64,000 nucleotides of DNA. Source: Nitrospinaceae bacterium. GTDB lineage: Bacteria > Nitrospinota > Nitrospinia > Nitrospinales > Nitrospinaceae. The translations under genes were made by a program, and so were the position numbers. The notes below the pieces were generated by a model. It was given only the letters and a program-made list of their open reading frames with translations, ran no database searches and was not told where the DNA came from. Where the stretch lies: the NCBI GenBank assembly GCA_965223665.1, contig OZ245011.1, positions 576,001 through 640,000 on the forward strand, written 5' to 3'. Positions within the stretch are counted from its first letter, which is position 1. Every line of letters begins with the position of its first letter. Positions 49,951 to 58,732 of this stretch are shown one piece after another.

Positions 49951-50817
49951 TTACTCGTTTCCGAGTATGTCTTCGTAGCGGTAATCATCGTCCTCTTCAT
50001 CAATATCATATCGTGCCATTTTGGTATCAATACTTTCAGCCCAGGCATCAATACCTCCTTGAAGCCCTCTTGTATTTTTTAGCCCTTTTTGAGAAAGAAA
50101 TTTTTGAAAGCTCGGACTTCGGTCTCCCTTCCAATCAATTATTACAATATTTTTATCAGAGCTTAATGCTGAAACAATGTTATCAAAATTTTCTCGGTTG
50201 ATAAGAGTAGCAACTTTAATTTGTGCAATATCATGTTCCCATTGCTCACGGATATCTAATAGAACAAGATTTGGATCTTTGCTTTGAATGAGTTTATTTA
50301 AATCCTCTGGAGAAATGGTGGGAGATTGTTTGTTGGCCACCTCAGAATTGATAGCGGCTAATACCTCACCAATCTTTTTTCCATTTTTTTCACATACTGA
50401 AAATATTGTTTCCTCAGAATCATATCCTGAAACGGGCATTCCAATATGAAAGTTTTTAAATAGATAAGTATGAATTTCAGGAAAAACTTTATTTACCTCA
50501 GTCATGCGAGTGTCAGGATGGAAGGTAGTATGTATTTCCTCTTCCTCAATTTCCGTTATCATTAAAATATGATAGCCATATGGAGAATGTACTGGACCTA
50601 AAATTTTCCCTTGATCATTGGATGAAACCTCACCAATGAGTGAGTTAGCGTTTTCTTCAGGCATCCAACCAAGATCTCCTCCATTTTCCTTTGAAGGACA
50701 AGTGCTGTATTTATCAACAACTTCTGTAAAAGATACACCGGAATCTAATAGTTTTTTAGCTGCAACAGCATCATCTGCTGAATGAGTGAATATTTGGCTT
50801 GCACGTACCTTAACCAT
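49951..50817 (-). CDS. Parvulin-type PPIase fused to a small helical domain and a rhodanese-like domain
   Basis: YSTCPSKENGGDLGW...SPYGYHI; LLDIREQWE...GGIDAW. Confidence 0.85.
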   Translation of the reverse strand: MVKVRASQIFTHSADDAVAAKKLLDSGVSFTEVVDKYSTCPSKENGGDLGWMPEENANSLIGEVSSNDQGKILGPVHSPYGYHILMITEIEEEEIHTTFHPDTRMTEVNKVFPEIHTYLFKNFHIGMPVSGYDSEETIFSVCEKNGKKIGEVLAAINSEVANKQSPTISPEDLNKLIQSKDPNLVLLDIREQWEHDIAQIKVATLINRENFDNIVSALSSDKNIVIIDWKGDRSPSFQKFLSQKGLKNTRGLQGGIDAWAESIDTKMARYDIDEEDDDYRYEDILGNE

Positions 50818-51019
50818 TTAAAACTCCTACGAAATACATGAAAATAAATTGATTGGTGATTATCATATAATTTCTTCAATACAGAATCAAGGTATTCACT
50901 TAGGGATATAAGTGAGGTCAATTTAATGGCAATTACTGGTTTTTCTATTGTAAAGATTGCTTATTAAAGAACTAATAAAAACAAAATAAAAACGATGCAA
51001 TTCCTTCCCGCTGGGTAGA

Positions 51020-51478
51020 TTATTTAATTCTGCCTTCCTCTATATCATATACATCGAACCAAACATAAACCGGTGGAAACTTAGGGAGATTTTTGGGAAT
51101 ATATTCTTCTAAGTACTCTTGTCCAAATTCTTCCATTTCACTTAAACGCATATCCCGCATTTTATTATTCCACTTAATAATTTCTAATTTATCTTTTATT
51201 TTAGATTGTGTTTGAAACCAATTGGCCACTTCCTGGTCACTGGCTCCAGTAGAAACAAATTCTTTGAGCTTGTCATGATTAATCCCCGAAAACTTTTCGA
51301 GTTGCTCACAAAGAGAACATGGCCAAAAATTATATTCCCCATTCGTTCCCATTAAAAAGGCGCGACATTTGTCGACACACCTTGCCAAAATAACAAAGTC
51401 TCCCAATAATTCCCTTGGACTTCTGGGAGGTTGCGTTCTCAAATCAGTTACCAGTGTTTTTATTTTTTCCTGATTCAT
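51020..51478 (-). CDS. DUF5069-family protein
   Basis: DLR..PPRSPRE.LG...LAR.VDK.RA...G.NGEY; ends FDVYDIEE. Confidence 0.75.
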   Translation of the reverse strand: MNQEKIKTLVTDLRTQPPRSPRELLGDFVILARCVDKCRAFLMGTNGEYNFWPCSLCEQLEKFSGINHDKLKEFVSTGASDQEVANWFQTQSKIKDKLEIIKWNNKMRDMRLSEMEEFGQEYLEEYIPKNLPKFPPVYVWFDVYDIEEGRIK

Positions 51479-51777
51479 TTGGGTTGAATTCCTTTGATTT
51501 TAGTTAATTTAAAAGAAAATTTCTGAGTAAATAAAAACGCTCAACCAGAGAAGAAAAAATTTAATTAGATAAGGTTTAGAATTAGATAGAACTTAATCGA
51601 AATAAAATATTGACAATCCAATAAATTAATTTAAAGATACAGAAAAATTTGTGGATTACGCTCTGAATTATAAGCCATTAAACGCTTAATATATCATTAA
51701 CTTATTTAAAAAATAATCTATGGCACCTGATAAATAAAGGTTTAAATTTAAATGTTTAATTTTTGAGGAGAAATAAA

Positions 51778-54207
51778 ATGGCAACCAAGACAAGAGGTGT
51801 TTCTTCGAAAAGGACAAACTTAAGTATCAAATTACCGAAAGGGAGTGTGAAATCCCGCCCTCGAACAAAAGCAAAACCCAAACCCAAACCTAAATTATCC
51901 TTCAGCAAAGCTAGCGCGAAACCAAAAATAAAAGCTAAAAAAAGAATAAAACTGGCCCCGGGAATGGCAGTAAAGTCTAAAGTCAAACCAAAAGCAAAAT
52001 TAAGTGTAAAACTTCCAAAAGGGGCCTCCGCAAGACCAAAAACCGGAGCAGTTAGGCCTCCTCAAAAATCCTTTGGCCTTGCTCGAGGCGTTCCGGTAAA
52101 TATGATGATTTCCAGGACAAAAGCCTTCGATCTTTCTAAGCAAATTAAATTTAGTAGCGCAACAAGAATAAAAGCGAGTTTGAAGAAGCTAAATGTAAAG
52201 GAAAGACATATTAATCCCTTAATGACTGAAATCCATCGGAAATCAGCAAATAATGCCTTGAAATTTGCTAAAACCATTCTTAGAAAAAGTGATAACGATT
52301 TACAGGGGGAAAAAGAAGGTAGAGAATTGGTGCTATGGGCTGCTGGTCGACAAAGTAAAGACCGACAATTGGTTTGTAAGGCCTTTAAACAATCTAGAAT
52401 GAATCTAATGATGGTTCATGCCATTTCTCAAATGAATCGTCCAAAGGCGAATGTTTATATGAAAGATTACTTTAAAGCCGGAGGGGATCTCAAATCAGTA
52501 TTGAGTTGGCTTGAAGTGGCTGGTGGCGTTTTGGGAAAACATCAAGCAAAGCCTCGTGGAACTGCAGGTGGGGTTGTCAAAGCGGTAAAAAAAGCTGCTA
52601 AATGGGTTAAAGATAAAGTAGAAGATGTGGTTGATGCTGCAAGTGATATGGTGAAATCGGTAGTAGATGCCATTGTCAAGGCAGGGAAATCTATTGCCTC
52701 TGCCATTAGCGCGGCCGTAAAATGGACCGCAAAAAAAATCAAAAATCTTGTGCATGCCCTGCTTGAAGCAGGGCAGAAATTGTTTAACATCCTGAAGGAG
52801 GCTGCAAAAAAAGGAATAAGCGCTTTGAAGAAGTTTGTGAAGGGTGTCATTCAAGCAGGGCAAAAACTGGTTTCTGTATTGTCCTGGGCTGCTACTCAAG
52901 TATTAAATGTGGCAAGAGAAGTTGTAAAAGCAGCCATCCAGGCGGGGAAAAAGGTTTTCCAAATATTAAGGGATGCTGTGAAATTAGCCACCAATGCTAT
53001 GCGTAAAATTGTTCAGGCCTTGATTAAAGCTGGTCGGAAATTAAGTGAAGTTTTATTTAGCGTTGCAAAATGGACGGTAAATAAAATTCGTGATGCTGTT
53101 CACGCTTTAATCGCTATTGGTAAAAAAGTGGTTCATATTCTTCAAGAAGCGGTTCGCAAGGGACTATTTGTATTGGGTAAAATGGTCCAAGGAATTATCA
53201 AAGCGGGTAAAGCCATCCGCGATGCACTCATTTGGGTTTCTAAGAAAACGTTTTCTGCTATTAAAACAGTGGTTCGTGCCATTCTTATGGCAGGAAAGAC
53301 TGTTTTGCGAATTATGATGGATGCGGTTCGACTTGGAGTTCGTGCACTTAAAAAAGTGGTTCAAGCACTTTATAAAATTGGTAGAAAAGTGGGTGAAATT
53401 CTTAAAACTGTCATTACTCGTGGATTCAGTATTATCCGCACCACTTTAGAAGGATTACTTGCTATTGGAATGCAACTGGTTCATGCAGTGAAATCAATTT
53501 TTACCGATATCGTTGCGGGTTTCCGAAAAGGATTTCTACAAGGTCTCCTGGCAATTGTAAAATCACCCTTGAAAATTCTAAAAGAAGCTGCCAAAGCAGG
53601 TGGTGCAATTATTGCGTTAGCCTTCTCTGCATTCATGGAAATGTGGGGTGGTCACCGAGGCTTGACTGCCGCTGAAAAAGTACAAGCACGTAAGGTATTT
53701 GGTTGGTCTATTAATCTTGACCGGGTGAAAATTGCGGTTGCTAGTATTCCGGCTGATGTTGTGAATTGGATTAATGGCGGTAGACCTTTTACCACTATGT
53801 ACGTTATTAATTTTAAATCAGGTACCAAAATCAAAATGGCAACTTTGATCCACGAATTGACTCATGTTTGGCAAGCGGTAATTGCCGGTCCTGTTTACAT
53901 GGTCGAAGCTTTACACTCACAAGCTTTTGGAAAAGGTTACAAAGTGACTCAAGCTGATTTGGATAAAGCGAGTGGAAATATCAAAAAGCTTGAAAGAGAA
54001 CAGCAAGCTAAAGTTGTGGAATGGTATTGGCAGCATAAATTTGCTACCAAAGCGGCAGACAAATCAGGTGCCCAGTTTGACGAAGCAACTTTAAAACCAT
54101 TTTGGGAAGATGTATTTAAGCCAAGGACAACAAAAATTCGATTTAATTCTCGAATTCCAGTGGCAGGTATGATCCGACCTATGCGTATTAAACTTGCTAC
54201 TTCATAG
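51778..54207 (+). CDS. Basic repeat protein with C-terminal HEXXH (DUF4157/eCIS-core-like) metallopeptidase domain
   Basis: GAGGAG RBS before ATG 51778; K/P/A-rich N-terminus; 29-aa repeats; RGLT..E...ARKVFG.SI.LDRVKI...LIHELTHVWQ...EQQA. Confidence 0.8.
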   Translation: MATKTRGVSSKRTNLSIKLPKGSVKSRPRTKAKPKPKPKLSFSKASAKPKIKAKKRIKLAPGMAVKSKVKPKAKLSVKLPKGASARPKTGAVRPPQKSFGLARGVPVNMMISRTKAFDLSKQIKFSSATRIKASLKKLNVKERHINPLMTEIHRKSANNALKFAKTILRKSDNDLQGEKEGRELVLWAAGRQSKDRQLVCKAFKQSRMNLMMVHAISQMNRPKANVYMKDYFKAGGDLKSVLSWLEVAGGVLGKHQAKPRGTAGGVVKAVKKAAKWVKDKVEDVVDAASDMVKSVVDAIVKAGKSIASAISAAVKWTAKKIKNLVHALLEAGQKLFNILKEAAKKGISALKKFVKGVIQAGQKLVSVLSWAATQVLNVAREVVKAAIQAGKKVFQILRDAVKLATNAMRKIVQALIKAGRKLSEVLFSVAKWTVNKIRDAVHALIAIGKKVVHILQEAVRKGLFVLGKMVQGIIKAGKAIRDALIWVSKKTFSAIKTVVRAILMAGKTVLRIMMDAVRLGVRALKKVVQALYKIGRKVGEILKTVITRGFSIIRTTLEGLLAIGMQLVHAVKSIFTDIVAGFRKGFLQGLLAIVKSPLKILKEAAKAGGAIIALAFSAFMEMWGGHRGLTAAEKVQARKVFGWSINLDRVKIAVASIPADVVNWINGGRPFTTMYVINFKSGTKIKMATLIHELTHVWQAVIAGPVYMVEALHSQAFGKGYKVTQADLDKASGNIKKLEREQQAKVVEWYWQHKFATKAADKSGAQFDEATLKPFWEDVFKPRTTKIRFNSRIPVAGMIRPMRIKLATS
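52681..53640 (+). repeat. About eleven tandem 87-bp (29-aa) coding repeats
   Basis: Units begin AGK/AGQ/AGR/IGK/IGR/IGM at exact 29-residue spacing. Confidence 0.85.
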
Positions 54208-54216
54208 TAACGAGTT

Positions 54217-55128
54217 ATGAAGCAGCCAAAAGTTTTAGGATGTATAGCTCCTGCTTCTTATCAATCTATTCTCCGGCGGAAATTGGGTGAGATTAATATC
54301 CAAATCCGTTTTCGCCGGAGAAATGATGATGTTTTAAATTCCTACCCCAAAAACGATCCTTATTATATTGAGCAATTAGCTAAATCTCTAAAAAATAAAG
54401 TTGATGCAATTTTGCTAATAGCTCCTAGGCATCGATCTGCTAAAAATATAATTCCCCGTCCAGTTATTGAAGGACTCTCTATAGGGTTATTGTTTTCCAA
54501 TCAACCTGAAGATTTAGATTCATGGTTTAAAGGGCTCAAAGAGCAAACTCAGGGTACATCCACTTGGGCTATTCTTTCAAAGTGGAGCGATTATTATATT
54601 TCCAGAAGTTTACGTGTAGCCAAATGGTTACGGGGTTACAATCCTGAAGGAGTGGAAACTTGGTTTGCGGATGAAGTCTCCCGTGATGAATTATGCCAAA
54701 AACTTGCTACAGGGCCACGGCTAGCTTGGTATATGGGACACGCGCGTGCTCAAGGTTTGTCTGCTTATTATGGAGTTCGTTACCGGCATTTAGAGGAGGT
54801 TTCTGAATTTGCTCCTTGCGGTTCGGTGATTTGTTTGGCTTGTGATACCTTAAAGCAAGTTCGTAAAACCTTACCATTTGGATGTGATTGGGTGTTGAGC
54901 GGACGAGCAGCTGCTTATTTTGGTTCAGTGGCTTCCATTAGCATGTACAGCACTTTAAATATGGCCTATGAAATTGGAGCTGTCATTGAAAACAGGCGTG
55001 CCTTGGTCCTTGGTGATATTCTTGTCCAGTTGGAGAATCGATTTCAACAATTTAAATCGTTAAAGAAAACTCATCAAGCCTTTAAAACTTACCGAATTAT
55101 TGGAAATCCCCTACAGCCATTGCTATAG
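54217..55128 (+). CDS. Peptidase C25 (gingipain/caspase-fold)-like cysteine protease
   Basis: WYMGHA (His) and ICLACDT (Cys) at clan CD spacing; AAAYFGS; C-terminal YRIIGNP. Confidence 0.72.
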   Translation: MKQPKVLGCIAPASYQSILRRKLGEINIQIRFRRRNDDVLNSYPKNDPYYIEQLAKSLKNKVDAILLIAPRHRSAKNIIPRPVIEGLSIGLLFSNQPEDLDSWFKGLKEQTQGTSTWAILSKWSDYYISRSLRVAKWLRGYNPEGVETWFADEVSRDELCQKLATGPRLAWYMGHARAQGLSAYYGVRYRHLEEVSEFAPCGSVICLACDTLKQVRKTLPFGCDWVLSGRAAAYFGSVASISMYSTLNMAYEIGAVIENRRALVLGDILVQLENRFQQFKSLKKTHQAFKTYRIIGNPLQPLL

Positions 55129-55185
55129 TAATTTTTTTGAATAAGCAAGTGCTCCTTTCCTTGGAAAATTTTTAAAAGGGTTTTT

Positions 55186-55572
55186 ATGGAATTAGATGGT
55201 GTTCATCACATTGGAGTAAACGTGAATAATTTGGATAGAGCCCTGGATTTTTATTGTGGGATATTGGGATTCGAGGTGATTGAGCGGTATGAAGAAAGTA
55301 TAAGGCATGTCATGTTAAATTCCGGGTCGACCGGAATTCATCTTTTTGAAGTCAAAGATCTTAAAATGAACCATGCTTTCGATATTCTAAGTGGCGAAGG
55401 TTATGCCCACATTGCTTTTGGAACTACCGTGGATAAATTCCCTGAAATAATTGAAGAAATGAAAAGCAATAAGGTGGTATTTGAGGGACCCAAATTATTA
55501 GGGAAGGGGAGGTCAATTCATTTTCAGGATCCAGATGGAAACCATCTTGAAATACGGTGCCCGGCATATTAA
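55186..55572 (+). CDS. VOC/glyoxalase family protein
   Basis: HHIGVNV..LDRALDFY..ILG, HIAF, FQDPDGNHLEI. Confidence 0.9.
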   Translation: MELDGVHHIGVNVNNLDRALDFYCGILGFEVIERYEESIRHVMLNSGSTGIHLFEVKDLKMNHAFDILSGEGYAHIAFGTTVDKFPEIIEEMKSNKVVFEGPKLLGKGRSIHFQDPDGNHLEIRCPAY

Positions 55573-55607
55573 TAAATTACTTAACTATATATTGGAGAGC
55601 AAGAGTT

Positions 55608-56171
55608 ATGACTGATGAGATTATTAAAAATCTGGGTCCCTTAGCCCCTTTAGCCGGAATTTGGGAAGGTGATAAGGGAGATGATACTGCACCTTCTGAT
55701 AACAGGGCAATTGAGACAAATAAGTACCGGGAGCGTATAACTTTTGAGCCCATGGGACCTGTGAACAATCATGAACAATGCTTATATGGACTTAGATATT
55801 CTACCACTGCCTGGCGTTTAAGTGATGGTGCTGCCTTTCATGAAGAATTAGGATATTGGCTTTGGGATGGCAAAAATAATCAGGCCCTTCGATGTTTTAT
55901 TGTCCCACGAGGTGTAACCGTTATTGCGGGTGGAACGGTAGATAAAGATGCAAACACTTTTGAACTGGTGGCGGATGTGGGTTCGGAAACATATGGGATT
56001 TGTTCAAACCAATTTTTGGATGAAGAATTTAAAACGGTTCGTTATGAGTTAAAAATAGACATTCATAGCGCTCAAAGCTTTAGTTATGAAGAAGATACCC
56101 AATTAAGAGTAAAAGGGAGGCCTGATATTTTTCATCATATAGATAAAAATACCTTAACACGGGTTGAATGA
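55608..56171 (+). CDS. Nitrobindin/THAP4-like heme-binding beta-barrel (DUF1794)
   Basis: LGPLAPLAGIWEG..G, YRERITF, FHEELGYWLW, C-terminal H...NTLTRV; GGAG RBS. Confidence 0.8.
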   Translation: MTDEIIKNLGPLAPLAGIWEGDKGDDTAPSDNRAIETNKYRERITFEPMGPVNNHEQCLYGLRYSTTAWRLSDGAAFHEELGYWLWDGKNNQALRCFIVPRGVTVIAGGTVDKDANTFELVADVGSETYGICSNQFLDEEFKTVRYELKIDIHSAQSFSYEEDTQLRVKGRPDIFHHIDKNTLTRVE

Positions 56172-56233
56172 TTTTTTATTAGAAATGCAATAGAGGCATT
56201 GATTTTTTATTAGTGGGGATTTATTTTCTTAGT

Positions 56234-56372
56234 AGGAACCTTTTCCTGAGCACGGCCTGAGGGAGAGATAAACCCACCTTGAATTAGGAAGCAAGGAGCA
56301 AGAGTCTCAGGCCGTGTGTTTTAGAGCTATTAAAAAGAAAAAGGGTTTGGAAATTTTCCAAACCCTTTTTTG
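56234..56372 (+). ncRNA. Candidate small RNA (GGA-rich loop in an 11-bp stem, followed by a terminator)
   Basis: CACGGCCTGAG(56251-61)/CTCAGGCCGTG(56306-16); possible TTGATT-17-TATTTT promoter at 56199-56227. Confidence 0.35.
56338..56370. terminator. Bidirectional Rho-independent terminator
   Basis: AAAAAGGGTTTGGAAA-T-TTTCCAAACCCTTTTT between convergent genes. Confidence 0.85.
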
Positions 56373-56403
56373 AACTTTAAAACAAGTAATTGACTGAATG
56401 CGT

Positions 56404-56610
56404 TTAACCCCTTCCCAGGTTGCATGAGTTAATTTTAAATAATGAATACAAGGGGCACCAACCAATAATCCCGGTAAGAAATGGAATGATACCCAAAACT
56501 GCTAGAACAATTCCCCACATTCCGCCTGAAACATAAGCGGCGGCAAATAAAAATAACCCTAATACAACACGAAAAGCCCTGTCCAAATTACCTTCATTTC
56601 TTGAAAACAT
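56404..56610 (-). CDS. YgaP/DUF2892 family membrane protein
   Basis: N.G.LDRAFRVVLG...TG..GWCPLY. Confidence 0.9.
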   Translation of the reverse strand: MFSRNEGNLDRAFRVVLGLFLFAAAYVSGGMWGIVLAVLGIIPFLTGIIGWCPLYSLFKINSCNLGRG

Positions 56611-56745
56611 GACACCCTCCTTTATTTATATTTTCTGGATTGGTGCCTCCCAGATGTCCTCTATATATTTAGATGTTGGAAATAAAAATAAGATTTTATG
56701 TGGCAAGGAAATTGTTAAATGCTAGAAGAATTTATTGTATTTGAT

Positions 56746-58563
56746 TTAGGCAGGTTGCTTTTTTTGTTGTTTTCTTAAATGTTCCATTAGAACACGTTTA
56801 CGAATCCTTATATTGGAAGGAGTTATTTCTGCCAGCTCGTCCTGATTTAAAAATCCAAGTACTTGTTCCAGACTCATTTTTCTAGGCGGAGTTAACAATA
56901 TATTTTCATCTGAACCTGCGGCACGGACGTTGGTCAGTTTCTTTTCTCTGCAAATATTAACAACTAAATCATTTTCTTTCTTGTTTTCTCCTACAACCAT
57001 TCCTTCATAAACAGCTTCACCAGGTTTTACAAATAAAGTTCCTCTTTCTTGGAGACCATAAATCGAATAGCCTGTTGCAGATCCGGTTCCCATGGCAATT
57101 AAAGCTCCATTGCGTCTGCCACTAAACTCGCCGGTAAGAGGAATATATTTTTCAAATGTGTGTTGGAGGGTGCCGGTTCCTTTTGTGAGGTTTAAAAACT
57201 CTGACTGAAAACCAAATAAACTACGAGTGGGGATAAGAAACTCTAAACGCGTATGGCCATCTTCCAGATGTGTCATTTGTTTCATGGTGCCTTTACGGGA
57301 ACCCAATGCCTCTATAACCTTTCCTGAATATGTAGATTCTACATCAATCACAGCATATTCTTCAGGTTCGTGACGAACACCATCAATTGTTTGAAATAAA
57401 ACCTGTGGCCGTGAAATGGAAAATTCGTATGCTTCACGGCGCATTGTTTCAATTAGAATACTTAAGTGAAGTTCGCCCCGTCCTGAAACTTTAAACGTAT
57501 CACCTGAACCTGTTTCCTCTATTCGCATAGCTACATTTGATTTCGCTTCCCGAAAAAGGCGATCTCGCAGATTTCTTGCTGTTAAATGTTTGCCATCCTG
57601 CCCAGAAAAAGGAGAATCATTTACAGAAAAATGAATTGCCATTGTAGGTTCGTCAATAGCAATTACCGGCAATGGTTCAGGATTGGCCTGGTCTACTATA
57701 GTCTCACCTATGTCGACATCCTTCATTCCCGCGATTCCAATAATATCCCCTGTATCCGCACGAGTAACCTCCTGTTTAACCAATCCATTATAAGAAAATG
57801 TTTTTTGAAGCTTAAAAGGTTCCGCTTCTCCGGATCTTTTAATTAAAGAATAAGAAGTGCTTTGGTCAAAGGTACCGCGTTCAATTTTTCCTATGGCGAT
57901 TCGCCCCACATAATCGTTGTAATCTATAGAGGTAACCAACATTTGAAAAGGTTCATCTGGAGATCCATTGTGAGGTGAAACTTTATCAATAATTAAATCC
58001 AGCAGGGGGGTCATGTCGTGTTTTTCGCCCTCAGGTTCAAATTGCGAAAACCCTTGTTTTGCAGATGCATAAATTACTGGAAAATCCAGTTGCTCATCAT
58101 TAGCTCCTAAGCTTACGAATAAATCAAAAACCTGGTCTAAAGTCCTTTCGGGATTTGCACCTTGACGATCGACTTTATTGATAACCAAGATAGGGTTGAT
58201 TCCCAGTTCCAGGGATTTTTTTAAGACAAATCTTGTTTGAGGCATGGGCCCTTCAGCAGCGTCAACGAGCAATAGTACCCCATTAACCATTCTCAGGATT
58301 CTTTCGACTTCTCCGCCAAAATCAGCATGACCTGGCGTATCCACAATATTTATTTTATGATTCTTATATTGGATGGAGGCATTTTTTGAAAAAATCGTAA
58401 TTCCGCGTTCTTTTTCTAAATCATTGCTATCCATTACGCAGGTTTCGTGAACGGATCCCTCGCGGAACATTCCACTTTGTTCTAACAGCCGGTCTATTAA
58501 GGTGGTTTTGCCATGGTCGACGTGGGCAATAATTCCAACGTTTCTAATTTTATTCGAGTTCAT
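56746..58563 (-). CDS. typA: Translational GTPase TypA/BipA
   Basis: AHVDHGKTT, ERGITI, DTPGHADFGGEVER, GRGELHLSILIE, KKLTNVRAAGSD. Confidence 0.97.
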   Translation of the reverse strand: MNSNKIRNVGIIAHVDHGKTTLIDRLLEQSGMFREGSVHETCVMDSNDLEKERGITIFSKNASIQYKNHKINIVDTPGHADFGGEVERILRMVNGVLLLVDAAEGPMPQTRFVLKKSLELGINPILVINKVDRQGANPERTLDQVFDLFVSLGANDEQLDFPVIYASAKQGFSQFEPEGEKHDMTPLLDLIIDKVSPHNGSPDEPFQMLVTSIDYNDYVGRIAIGKIERGTFDQSTSYSLIKRSGEAEPFKLQKTFSYNGLVKQEVTRADTGDIIGIAGMKDVDIGETIVDQANPEPLPVIAIDEPTMAIHFSVNDSPFSGQDGKHLTARNLRDRLFREAKSNVAMRIEETGSGDTFKVSGRGELHLSILIETMRREAYEFSISRPQVLFQTIDGVRHEPEEYAVIDVESTYSGKVIEALGSRKGTMKQMTHLEDGHTRLEFLIPTRSLFGFQSEFLNLTKGTGTLQHTFEKYIPLTGEFSGRRNGALIAMGTGSATGYSIYGLQERGTLFVKPGEAVYEGMVVGENKKENDLVVNICREKKLTNVRAAGSDENILLTPPRKMSLEQVLGFLNQDELAEITPSNIRIRKRVLMEHLRKQQKKQPA

Positions 58564-58732
58564 AAGCCTTGGAGAAAAAAATTAAGTAAATGTATATAAA
58601 TAATTGAAATTAAAGAAAAAGTTTTTAATGGGAATATTGTTGCGGGACAATATCTAAGGTTGATTTCTATACCATTATAACGTAAGCTATTGAAATTAAA
58701 AACCTTAACATAACTTCCTATTTTTCAATTAC

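Noticed and set aside
51721-51736. TGGCAC upstream of the repeat-protein gene as a sigma54 promoter
   Set aside because: The -12 TTGC element is absent at the required spacing
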